Positions 24,078 to 32,668 of a stretch of 64,000 nucleotides of DNA are shown here, one piece after another. The notes beneath the pieces were generated by a model that saw only the letters and a program-made list of their open reading frames with translations, had not been told where the DNA came from and did no database searches. Source of the DNA: Patescibacteria group bacterium (GTDB taxonomy: Bacteria; Patescibacteriota; Minisyncoccia; Minisyncoccales; PEYH01); assembly GCA_018817645.1 (NCBI GenBank), contig JAHITK010000014.1:9989-73988 (forward strand). The letters are read 5' to 3'. Both the position numbers and the translations under genes were made by a program. Numbering within the stretch: the stretch's first letter is position 1; each line of letters starts with the position of its first letter.

Positions 24078-25190
24078 CTAATCGCCGGTGATTTCAAGGA
24101 TTGCCAGTTCTAGGGGCAATTGGGGAATCGGCGAATATCTTATTTTATTCTGCGCTTCTAAAAACGCTTTGAGCGCCTGACGGATTTCGGGCTTCGGAAA
24201 TTTAAGGGCTTGTTTTTTAAGCTCTCCCTTTATTTCCTGCGTGAGATTGCGGAAAATCGGATTTTCCAGGTCAGGGCTTATTTTTAAAATCAATATCTGG
24301 CGCAGATATTCAACAATCGCTTTTGCCAATTCCAGCGGATCCAACCCTTTTTCAATTATTTCATTCAAAAAACCGACTGCTGCGCCTGATTTTTTCTCAA
24401 AAATCAAATCAATTAATTTGGCAATTAACCCCACATCAATCACCCCCAATAATATCTTTACATCTTCCTCGGTAATCTCCTTTTTGTCGTCCTGGTCGGA
24501 AACCTTGCTGAAACTCAAAATTTGGTCAAGCAAAACTTCAGCATTTCTGACAGCGCCATCGGCATTCATAGCGATAAGGTCCAGGGCCGGCTTGCTAATT
24601 TTGATTTTTTCTTTCTTAACAATCATTTCAAGCTTTTTCATTATTTCCAAAACAGAGAGTTTACGGAAATCAAATCTTTGGCATCTTGAACTGATTGTCG
24701 GAATCATTTTGTGGGCTTCGGTGGTGGCTAAAACAAACACGGTGAAAGAAGGGGGCTCTTCAAGCATTTTTAACAAGGCATTAGCCGCGTCCTTTGAAAG
24801 TTGATGGCTTTCATCAATAATAAAAACCTTGTATTTCAAGCGAGTCGGCGCAAATCTTATGCCTTCTTTTAACTCCCTGATGTCATCTATTCCCCTGTTT
24901 GAAGCGGCGTCTATTTCTACCAAATCAATCGCCCGGCCGCTGTTTATCTCCATACACGACTGGCACTTGTTGCACGGCTCAAAGCCCTGCAAGTTCTCGC
25001 AGTTTATGGCCTTGGCCAAAAGACGGGCAATGGTCGTTTTGCCGGACCCTTTGGGACCGGAAAACAAATAACAATGGGACAACAAGTCATTGGTTATCTC
25101 ATTGGTGATTGTCTGAACAATATGTTCCTGCCCCACCACTTCGGAAAAGCTTTTCGGCCGGTATTTGCGATATAAAACAAGATTAGCCAT
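24078..25190 (-). CDS. dnaX: DNA polymerase III subunit gamma/tau
   Basis: YRPKSFSEVVGQEH, Walker A GPKGSGKTT, Zn module CxxCxxC, Walker B IIDESH, SRC motif (SRCQRF). Confidence 0.9.
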   Translation of the reverse strand: MANLVLYRKYRPKSFSEVVGQEHIVQTITNEITNDLLSHCYLFSGPKGSGKTTIARLLAKAINCENLQGFEPCNKCQSCMEINSGRAIDLVEIDAASNRGIDDIRELKEGIRFAPTRLKYKVFIIDESHQLSKDAANALLKMLEEPPSFTVFVLATTEAHKMIPTISSRCQRFDFRKLSVLEIMKKLEMIVKKEKIKISKPALDLIAMNADGAVRNAEVLLDQILSFSKVSDQDDKKEITEEDVKILLGVIDVGLIAKLIDLIFEKKSGAAVGFLNEIIEKGLDPLELAKAIVEYLRQILILKISPDLENPIFRNLTQEIKGELKKQALKFPKPEIRQALKAFLEAQNKIRYSPIPQLPLELAILEITGD

Positions 25191-25243
25191 TATTTAATCG
25201 TTAATCATTTGTCGTTAATTACTTATCACTGATCATTTGCTGA

Positions 25244-25873
25244 TTATTTTTTGAAGATGAAAAATTTGTAGCCGAGGAAGTTCCACATAAATCCGATTAA
25301 AACTCCTACAAAAGGCGCGATTATTCCTGCCAATACATTGCCGGAAACCGCTGCGCTTGAACTAGCCAATCGGACAATTAAAGAAGCGATTCCCACATTG
25401 AGCAGGGCCCCGATTCCGGTGATGAAATAAAATCCGGCGAATTCTTTCCCTTTTGCCTTTCCTCCTTTTTCAAAAGTCCAGGATCTATTCCAGAAATAGC
25501 TGTTAGTCGCTGCCGCGGTGAAGGATAAAAATTTGAAAAACGCATACAAGGCGATTGTTTGTCCAGCATCTATCTTGCTTATCCACAAAAGAAAACCGAG
25601 CACCCCGAAATCAATAAAAGTGTTTAAAGCTCCGACCACCACAAATCTGGCAAGCTGCCAAATCACCTTAATCTTTTTCGCCAATTTGTCTGCTATGAAT
25701 AATCCAGCCAAAACCAAGAACGGCAGAATAATCGGCAAGAAGAAGAAATAAGCGAATTTGAATCCCTGCCATTTACTCAAAATATCCGGCTCAAGATTTT
25801 TAAGGGTTGGCAATGCCAAAAGCCCGATTAAAAAACCGATAACAAGGCCTAACGTGACGTCTCTTTTAAGCAT
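25244..25873 (-). CDS. GtrA-family membrane protein
   Basis: FVVVGALNTFIDFGVLGFLL...NRSWTF are GtrA-like motifs, with two extra N-terminal TM helices. Confidence 0.65.
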   Translation of the reverse strand: MLKRDVTLGLVIGFLIGLLALPTLKNLEPDILSKWQGFKFAYFFFLPIILPFLVLAGLFIADKLAKKIKVIWQLARFVVVGALNTFIDFGVLGFLLWISKIDAGQTIALYAFFKFLSFTAAATNSYFWNRSWTFEKGGKAKGKEFAGFYFITGIGALLNVGIASLIVRLASSSAAVSGNVLAGIIAPFVGVLIGFMWNFLGYKFFIFKK

Positions 25874-25953
25874 AGCTTTAAAATTAATTATTCTTTCATA
25901 TTATCAGAAACCCTGATTATTGCCAAGTCAGGGAATTTTGATCGCTGGTCAGG

Positions 25954-25980
25954 CCATTACGAGGCCCGGCCTCGTAATGG
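25954..25980. repeat. Palindromic element CCATTACGAGGCC-C-GGCCTCGTAATGG
   Basis: 13-bp perfect arms. Family members at 45361, 45425 and about 46026. Confidence 0.85.
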
Positions 25981-26052
25981 ATTATTGTGGTGGGTTTGAG
26001 TAAAAGGCGAAAATATATTAGAATAAACTAACCCTAATACTTAAACAAACGG

Positions 26053-27456
26053 ATGATTAAGGTATATAATTCCCTGACCAGAAAGAAAGAGATATTTAAG
26101 CCCTTGAAAGACAAAAAGGTGGCTTTTTATGTGTGCGGGCCAACGGTTTACGGGCCTGGACATATCGGGCACGCGCGGACATATATTGCTTTTGATATTA
26201 TCAGAAGATATTTAGAGCATAAAGGCTATAAAGTGAAATATGTGATGAATATTACTGACATTCACGACGACATTATTACAACGGCCCAAATGCAGAAAAC
26301 AGACATTTTTGTCTTGGGCAATAAATACACAAAACTTTTTTTGGAGGACCAAAAAAAACTTGGCATCAAGCCAGCGACTGTTTATCCAAGGGTAACAGAA
26401 CATATAAAGGAGATTATAAAATTCATTCAGGAGTTGGAGAAAAGGGGTTTTGCCTATGAGAAAAATGACTCTGTATATTTTGATGTTTCCAAGTTCAAGG
26501 ATTACGGCAAGCTTTCAGGTATCAAGGTCCAAAAAACAAAGACAGGCACAAGAGTGGAAACAGATAAATACGAGCGCGACGAAGCAGTTGATTTCGTGCT
26601 GTGGAAAAAAGCCAAAAAGGGCGAGCCATTTTGGGAGAGTCCTTGGGGGCAAGGCAGGCCGGGCTGGCATATTGAATGCTCGGTGATGATTAAAAAACTT
26701 CTGGGCGAACAGATTGACATCCACGCCGGCGCCCGGGATTTATTGTTCCCTCACCATGAAAACGAGATTGCCCAAACAGAGTCAATTGCCAAGAAAAAAC
26801 CCTTTGTAAAATACTGGCTGCACGGCGGTCTTTTGATGATAGAAGGGCAAAAAATGTCCAAGTCGCTCGACAATTTCATCACCATAGAAAAGGTTTTGGA
26901 AAAATGGGAGCCGAGGGTGCTAAGAATGTTTGTCGCTTCCAGCCATTACCAAAGCGAATTAAATTGGTCGGAGAAAAATCTTTTGCAGGCGAAGAAAAAT
27001 CTGGAGAGGATGGAGGAACTTGTAAACAAACTCAAAACTCAAAACGCAAAACGCAAAACAACAACTCAAAAATCAAAACAGATTGAGGCCATAATGCGGA
27101 AAGCAAGAAAGGGGCTTAAAGGGGTGATGGAGGATAATTTCAACACGCCGGAGGCGCTGGCAGGGCTTTTTGAAATGATAAAAGCGATAAATCCCCTGCT
27201 TGATAAAAATGAAATTGATGAAAAGCAGGCGAAAAAGATTTTGGAATTTCTGAAAGAGATTGATAAAATTTTTAACTTTATTTTTCCGTATAAAAAAGAA
27301 AGTGTTCCCGCTCACGTCAAGGAATTGGTCAAAAAACGAAAGGAATACAGAAGAAGCAAGCAATGGCAAAAGGCAGATGAAATCAGAAAACAAATTGAGC
27401 GATTAGGATTTGCGATAAAAGACACGGCCAACGGAACAGAAATAAAGAGGAAATGA
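26053..27456 (+). CDS. cysS: Cysteine--tRNA ligase
   Basis: HIGH motif (GHIGHAR), KMSKS (KMSKSLDN), Zn-binding C28/C209/H234 context. 467 aa. Confidence 0.95.
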   Translation: MIKVYNSLTRKKEIFKPLKDKKVAFYVCGPTVYGPGHIGHARTYIAFDIIRRYLEHKGYKVKYVMNITDIHDDIITTAQMQKTDIFVLGNKYTKLFLEDQKKLGIKPATVYPRVTEHIKEIIKFIQELEKRGFAYEKNDSVYFDVSKFKDYGKLSGIKVQKTKTGTRVETDKYERDEAVDFVLWKKAKKGEPFWESPWGQGRPGWHIECSVMIKKLLGEQIDIHAGARDLLFPHHENEIAQTESIAKKKPFVKYWLHGGLLMIEGQKMSKSLDNFITIEKVLEKWEPRVLRMFVASSHYQSELNWSEKNLLQAKKNLERMEELVNKLKTQNAKRKTTTQKSKQIEAIMRKARKGLKGVMEDNFNTPEALAGLFEMIKAINPLLDKNEIDEKQAKKILEFLKEIDKIFNFIFPYKKESVPAHVKELVKKRKEYRRSKQWQKADEIRKQIERLGFAIKDTANGTEIKRK

Positions 27457-27467
27457 TTTTATCCACA

Positions 27468-27504
27468 GACCAAAAATGTCCGCTATAGGCGGACATTTTT
27501 GGTC
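27468..27504 (+). terminator. Intrinsic terminator after cysS
   Basis: GACCAAAAATGTCCGC-TATAG-GCGGACATTTTTGGTC. Confidence 0.7.
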
Positions 27505-27539
27505 CCCTTGCCAAAACTTGGAATTTGATTAGAATAGAG

Positions 27540-28949
27540 ATGATGGCTGATTACTCAAAAAACAATCAATCCCTGCCGGATAAAACCCCGCCCCAAAATA
27601 TTGAAGCGGAGAAATCATTGTTGGGCAGTTTGATGATTGACAGAAACGCGATTATAAAAGTGGTGGATTTTTTACAGCCGCGCGATTTCTATAAAAATCA
27701 GCACCAGACAATCTATGAATCAATGCGCGACCTTTTTGACCGGAATGAAATAATCGACTTCTTGTCTTCATCGTCCCGCTTGCAGGAAAAAGGCAAATTA
27801 GAATCAATCGGCGGAAAGGCCTATCTTACCGAACTCATAAACTCCGTGCCTAATGCCATGCATGTTTTGGATTACGCCAAAATTGTCCAAAAAAAGAGAA
27901 TTTTAAGAGACCTTATCCAGACCTCTTATGAAATCGGCAGTATGGGATTTAATGAAGAAGAAGAAGTGGATGTTCTCCTGGATAGAGCGGAAAGCCAGAT
28001 ATTTAACATTGCCCAACGGTCACTTTCCCAGCAATTTACTCCGATAAAAAGCGAATTGGAAGGCGCTTTTGAGAGAATTGACAATCTTTCAAAGCACCGA
28101 GGCGCGCCCAGAGGAATTCCAACCGGATTTGTGGATTTGGACAAAATTCTTTCCGGTTTTCAGAAGTCCGACCTGGTAATTCTGGCGGCCCGTCCTTCAA
28201 TCGGTAAAAGCGGTTTGGCTTTAGATATCGCCCGCCATATCGGAGTCAATGAGAAAAAACCAGTCGGTGTATTCAGTTTGGAAATGTCTAAAGACCAAGT
28301 AATTGACCGCTTCATCGCCAGCCAGTCAAATGTTGACCTTTGGAAATTAAGAACCGGCCACCTTTCCGGAGAAGGACCGGAAAATGATTTTGAAAGAATC
28401 CAGCATGCCCTTGGGATGTTATCAGAAGCCCCCATTTTTATAGACGACACGGCCGGGATTAATATAATGCAGATGAGAGCCATGGCCAGACGATTGCAAG
28501 TCCAGCACGGCTTATCTTTATTGATTGTTGATTATCTCCAATTAATGGAGCCGAGAATGGCCAATATGCAGATGGTCCAACAGATGACGGAAATCTCCCG
28601 CTCTCTTAAGGGGTTAGCTAAGGAATTGGCAGTTCCAGTGCTGGCCTTATCTCAATTATCAAGAGCGGTTGAACAAAGAACTCCCGCCATCCCGAAATTA
28701 TCAGACCTTCGTGAAACCGGAGCATTAGAGCAAGATGCAGACGTGGTTTTGTTTATTTATCGCGAAGACAAATACCGGCAGGATACTGCCAGAAAGAATA
28801 TTGCCGATATTTTAATTGCCAAACACAGAAACGGCCCGGTTGGCAAGGTTGAATTATATTTTGACGAATCGAGAGCGAGTTTCCGAAATCTTGAGAAAAG
28901 AGAATTTGAGGGTCCGGAAGGAGTTGAATTGGAAGACCTCCTCCCCTGA
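27540..28949 (+). CDS. dnaB: Replicative DNA helicase DnaB
   Basis: PQNIEAEKSLLGSLM, Walker A ARPSIGKSG, Walker B LLIVDYLQLM. ATG at 27540 preferred over the TTG at 27525. Confidence 0.95.
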   Translation: MMADYSKNNQSLPDKTPPQNIEAEKSLLGSLMIDRNAIIKVVDFLQPRDFYKNQHQTIYESMRDLFDRNEIIDFLSSSSRLQEKGKLESIGGKAYLTELINSVPNAMHVLDYAKIVQKKRILRDLIQTSYEIGSMGFNEEEEVDVLLDRAESQIFNIAQRSLSQQFTPIKSELEGAFERIDNLSKHRGAPRGIPTGFVDLDKILSGFQKSDLVILAARPSIGKSGLALDIARHIGVNEKKPVGVFSLEMSKDQVIDRFIASQSNVDLWKLRTGHLSGEGPENDFERIQHALGMLSEAPIFIDDTAGINIMQMRAMARRLQVQHGLSLLIVDYLQLMEPRMANMQMVQQMTEISRSLKGLAKELAVPVLALSQLSRAVEQRTPAIPKLSDLRETGALEQDADVVLFIYREDKYRQDTARKNIADILIAKHRNGPVGKVELYFDESRASFRNLEKREFEGPEGVELEDLLP

Positions 28950-28962
28950 TGTCATGCCTGAT

Positions 28963-28981
28963 GTTAGGGTGCGACCCTAAC
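28963..28981. repeat. GC-rich palindromic element GTTAGGGTGCGACCCTAAC (copy 2 of 2)
   Basis: Identical to 5795-5813. Sits between the convergent dnaB and rplU genes. Confidence 0.8.
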
Positions 28982-28988
28982 AATTTAG

Positions 28989-29303
28989 TTAAACCTCCGG
29001 AATTTCTTTAATTTCAACCAAAGTATAGTTTTGGCGATGGCCCTTTTTAAGTTTATATCTCTTTTTGGGGCTATATTTAAAGGCAATAACTTTCTTGCCT
29101 TTTTTTGTTTCCAAAACCTTAGCCAGAACCTTAGCCCCCTTAACCATCGGCGTTCCAATGGTCAATTTTTTGCTCCGCTCCAATAATAAAACCTCGTCAA
29201 AGGTTATTTCTTCACCTTCTTTCTTCTCTAATTTTTCCACTTTAATCTTATCACCGGGCTTAACAAGATATTGCTTCCCGCCTGTTTTGATTACTGCCAA
29301 CAT
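28989..29303 (-). CDS. rplU: 50S ribosomal protein L21
   Basis: MLAVIKTGGKQYLVKPGDKIKVEKL. ATG at 29303; the track N-extension is encoded by a GC-rich repeat element. Confidence 0.9.
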   Translation of the reverse strand: MLAVIKTGGKQYLVKPGDKIKVEKLEKKEGEEITFDEVLLLERSKKLTIGTPMVKGAKVLAKVLETKKGKKVIAFKYSPKKRYKLKKGHRQNYTLVEIKEIPEV

Positions 29304-29315
29304 ATAGATTAATTT

Positions 29316-29367
29316 CCCGCCTGCATCGCTATGCGAGCCAGCTCGCTTGCGAAGCATTGCGGGCAGG
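29316..29367. repeat. 52-nt GC-rich structured element (copy 1, minus orientation)
   Basis: Its reverse complement CCTGCCCGCAATGCTTCGCAAGCGAGCTGGCTCGCATAGCGATGCAGGCGGG is about 85% identical by eye to 55653-55707. Confidence 0.7.
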
Positions 29368-29392
29368 TTAATTTTTAATTTTGAATTTTGAA

Positions 29393-30406
29393 TTAATCAT
29401 CATCACTCCCGGAAGGAAGCTGTTTTTCCTCTGACGACCCTTCTAATAATCGCTCTACCCTATCATCAAAACGGGATAAGAGCTTTTCAGAATCATCATA
29501 AGAAGATAAAGCGTTTTTCAAATGGCTTCCCAATTTTCTGAACACATCCATTATCTTCTTGCCATTTTGCTGTATTTTTGTCAATCTTTTTAAGATATCC
29601 TGGGTCTTTCTGCTTATCTGGACATCTTTATACCAATGACTTACCGCAGATAAAGTCAATAAGATATTATTCGGCGAGGCCAAAATTATTCTCTTGGAGC
29701 GGGCGAATCTTGCCAAGTCCTCCTCTTGCATCATTGTTATCTCGTAATAGACCGCTTCGGCTGGAATATACATAATCGCCTGATCAGTGGTCCCTTCGGA
29801 GGGCAAAATATATTTTGAGGCAATTTCTTGTATTTTTACCTTAGTATCTTCAATAAACTTCTTGCGGAACAGCTTCTTCTCCTCATCATTTTCCGCTTCA
29901 ACCATCTTCTTATAATTGTCATAGGAAAACTTTGCGTCTATCGGGAGAATCTTATTATTCGGCAATTTCAGAGCAATGTCCACCTGTTCGCCCGAAGAAA
30001 ACAAATACTGCGATTGGTAAAGTTCTTTCGGAAAATATTCGCTTAAAATGTGCTCCAAGCTTTCCTCGCCCCACTCCCCTCGCAACTTCGGCGACCGGAA
30101 TATTTCCTGAAAAGAAGAAATGCTTTTCATCACCTCTTGGACTTGCTTCATATCTTCTCGGATTTGGACCGTCTCTTTGGTAAAAGAGGAAATCTGCTGG
30201 TTCATTGCTTTGGAAGTTCCGTCAACACTGCCACGGATCTCTTTTAATTGCCCGGACATCAGGTCAGTTAATCTTCTTTCTAAATCTCTGATAGAATCAT
30301 TCTGTTTCTGGTCTATATCCCCTTTCTTACGGGTCAAGAAAAAAGCTACAGCCATCATGCCTCCTGCAATAAGTATAAACACAATAATTAATAAAGCATC
30401 ACTCAT
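29393..30406 (-). CDS. rmuC: DNA recombination protein RmuC
   Basis: N-terminal TM, coiled coil, RmuC nuclease-like core (LPIDAKFSYDNY...MYIPAEAVYYE). Confidence 0.8.
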   Translation of the reverse strand: MSDALLIIVFILIAGGMMAVAFFLTRKKGDIDQKQNDSIRDLERRLTDLMSGQLKEIRGSVDGTSKAMNQQISSFTKETVQIREDMKQVQEVMKSISSFQEIFRSPKLRGEWGEESLEHILSEYFPKELYQSQYLFSSGEQVDIALKLPNNKILPIDAKFSYDNYKKMVEAENDEEKKLFRKKFIEDTKVKIQEIASKYILPSEGTTDQAIMYIPAEAVYYEITMMQEEDLARFARSKRIILASPNNILLTLSAVSHWYKDVQISRKTQDILKRLTKIQQNGKKIMDVFRKLGSHLKNALSSYDDSEKLLSRFDDRVERLLEGSSEEKQLPSGSDDD

Positions 30407-30487
30407 ATCAAGAATATGTTAGCATTAAGAAGGGTTTAAGGCAAATGAGGGCGGGAGGCGCGCATCATATTCTATTTTTAGTCAAAC

Positions 30488-30512
30488 AAAAACGCCTCAA
30501 AAAGGCGTTTTT
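30488..30512 (-). terminator. Terminator downstream of tRNA-Glu
   Basis: AAAAACGCC-TCAAAAA-GGCGTTTTT. Confidence 0.65.
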
Positions 30513-30520
30513 AAATTCGG

Positions 30521-30592
30521 CGGCCCCGACGGGAGTCGAACCCGTGTACCATGATTGAGAATCATGTATCCTAACCACTAGATGACGGGGCC
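30521..30592 (-). tRNA. tRNA-Glu(CUC)
   Basis: Reads GGCCCCG TC ATCT AGTGGTTA GGAT A CATGA TTCTCAA TCATG GTAC ACGGG TTCGACT CCCGT CGGGGCC G. A canonical cloverleaf. Confidence 0.85.
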
Positions 30593-30653
30593 AAGCGAAA
30601 TTATGATAACACAAAAAAATAAAAATAGCAAATTTGATATTTCCGAATAGCCG

Positions 30654-32354
30654 TTACTCTTTTTCCGGCAAAATCTGGTAATAATCCAAAATATATTTTG
30701 CTAAATTTTGAAAGAGAAAAATCGCTGATTCGCTGCCTGTTCTTGTTTTGGGGTTGTCTAACTTTACCGCAATCACAAACTCCGGGCTAAAAGCCGGGGC
30801 AAAACCGATAAAACTCTGCCAGGTCTGGTCGCTGTATCCGGCTTTATTTATGCCAAGAGCGGAATACGGAATTTGAGAGGTTCCGGTTTTGCCAGCCACA
30901 TAATATCCGGGCACCCGGGCTCCGCTGCCATAACCGCTCTCGGTAACCGCAATAAGCATTTTGGTGAGGTCTTCGGCGGTATTTGAAGAAATAATTTGCT
31001 GCCGTGGATTATCTAACAGAAAGGGCTTTTTAGTCCCGCTGTCCATAACTGCCTCAACCACATAGGGCTGGATAAACTTGCCCTTATTGGCAATAGCGCA
31101 AAACGCCCTCGCCATTTGCATTAAATTCATATTAATGCCCTGGCCGAAGGAAGCAGTGGCGTAATTGACCTCCCAACCCTTTTTAAATTCCTGATTCTCA
31201 GAATAGGTCTCCCCGCTTAAATCAATATTGCTTTTTTCAAAAACTCCAAACTTTTCCAAATAATCAGTAAATACTTGGTGGCTCAATTGGTTTTGAACAA
31301 AAACCGCGCCCGTATTGATAGACCTCTCCAGAACCTGCGTCATAGTTGCTTCGCCCCAAATTCTGTTATCATAGTTGGTAATGGTCTTGTCTTTAATCAC
31401 CACCTTGCCAGTATCTACATAAGTGGTGTCTGGAGTGATTTTCCCCTCATTCAAAGCCGCGGCCATAGTGATTGCCTTGAAAGCCGAGCCCGGCTCATAA
31501 ACCGCTTGAATCGCCTTATCTTGAAAAAGCTCAATCTGATTGTTCTCGGCGTATTCCTGGAAGTTGTTAGGATTAAATCCGGGAAAGTCCGCCAAAGCCA
31601 TAACTTTCCCGGAGGCCGGCTCGATTACTATTATCTGTCCCGATTGAAAGCCAAATTTCTCGGAATAATCTTTGAGAATATTTTCCGCTTGGGATTGGAT
31701 ATTTTTATCAATAGTCAAAATCAAATCCACTCCTTTCATAGAGCCGGCGGTATCGCCGTCTGTCAATCTTCCAAAAGGACCATAGGATATTTTCTGCCAC
31801 CCCTCCTGCCCTGCCAAGACATCATTCCAGTAGCCCTCTATTCCGTATTGACCTTCGCCGCTTTGATTGACAAATCCCAGCACATCCGAGGCAAGCTGGC
31901 CGAATGGATACAGGCGCTGGCGCTCTTGGTCTAAATAAACGCCATCCAGTCCGAGTTCTTGAATCTTCTGCCCTTCTTCTTCGGAAATATTTCTTTTGAC
32001 CAAAAGGAAAAGCTTTTCGCTGTTGGTCTCGATATTTTTAAGCAAATCGTCTTTAGCCACTGAAAGCGCGGAAGCCAATAGTTCGGCCACTCTCTCTTTC
32101 TCTCCTATCAATTTCGGAGCGACATAACAAAACCGGCTTTCTTCATTAGTGGCTGCGAGTACGATTTTATCTTTGTCATATAAAAAAATATCTCCTCTTT
32201 CGCCGGAGATTTGCTGAAATATTTCCTGGTGTCCTTTGGCCAGCGCTTTGTAAAGCTCCCCGTTTATTGCCTGAAGAAAAAATAAGCGGGCAACAACGGC
32301 TGCTCCAAAAAGAAAAACTAAAAAGTAAATTAAATTAATCCTGGCGAACTTCAT
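30654..32354 (-). CDS. ftsI: Penicillin-binding protein 2/FtsI (peptidoglycan D,D-transpeptidase)
   Basis: SxxK (GSAFK), SxN (ERSINTG), KTG (AGKTGTS). dcw-cluster position. Confidence 0.9.
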   Translation of the reverse strand: MKFARINLIYFLVFLFGAAVVARLFFLQAINGELYKALAKGHQEIFQQISGERGDIFLYDKDKIVLAATNEESRFCYVAPKLIGEKERVAELLASALSVAKDDLLKNIETNSEKLFLLVKRNISEEEGQKIQELGLDGVYLDQERQRLYPFGQLASDVLGFVNQSGEGQYGIEGYWNDVLAGQEGWQKISYGPFGRLTDGDTAGSMKGVDLILTIDKNIQSQAENILKDYSEKFGFQSGQIIVIEPASGKVMALADFPGFNPNNFQEYAENNQIELFQDKAIQAVYEPGSAFKAITMAAALNEGKITPDTTYVDTGKVVIKDKTITNYDNRIWGEATMTQVLERSINTGAVFVQNQLSHQVFTDYLEKFGVFEKSNIDLSGETYSENQEFKKGWEVNYATASFGQGINMNLMQMARAFCAIANKGKFIQPYVVEAVMDSGTKKPFLLDNPRQQIISSNTAEDLTKMLIAVTESGYGSGARVPGYYVAGKTGTSQIPYSALGINKAGYSDQTWQSFIGFAPAFSPEFVIAVKLDNPKTRTGSESAIFLFQNLAKYILDYYQILPEKE

Positions 32355-32356
32355 TA

Positions 32357-32668
32357 TTATTTAGCCAATACCGTGCTTCCCCCTGCCCTTATATAATGGA
32401 CCTTATCTATTCTTTCAAAATCAAGGTTTTGGGCTATTTTATCCAGTTCCGGAATTTCTTTGACAGAGGCCAATAACGAACTGTCTGAATCGGCTTTTGG
32501 CCGGCCGGCTAATTTATCCTGAATGCCGGAAATCAAGGCGCAATTCCGGGACAGGGTCTGCATTTGCAAAACCCACACCGCCATCAATCCAATGATTGAA
32601 AAAATAGATAAGCCCCAAATGAACTTTAAGTTTATCCTGAAGGAAGATTTTTTAATCCGAGTGGTCAT
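32357..32668 (-). CDS. FtsL-like cell division protein
   Basis: 103-aa bitopic protein between rsmH and ftsI. The call rests on position only. Confidence 0.5.
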   Translation of the reverse strand: MTTRIKKSSFRINLKFIWGLSIFSIIGLMAVWVLQMQTLSRNCALISGIQDKLAGRPKADSDSSLLASVKEIPELDKIAQNLDFERIDKVHYIRAGGSTVLAK

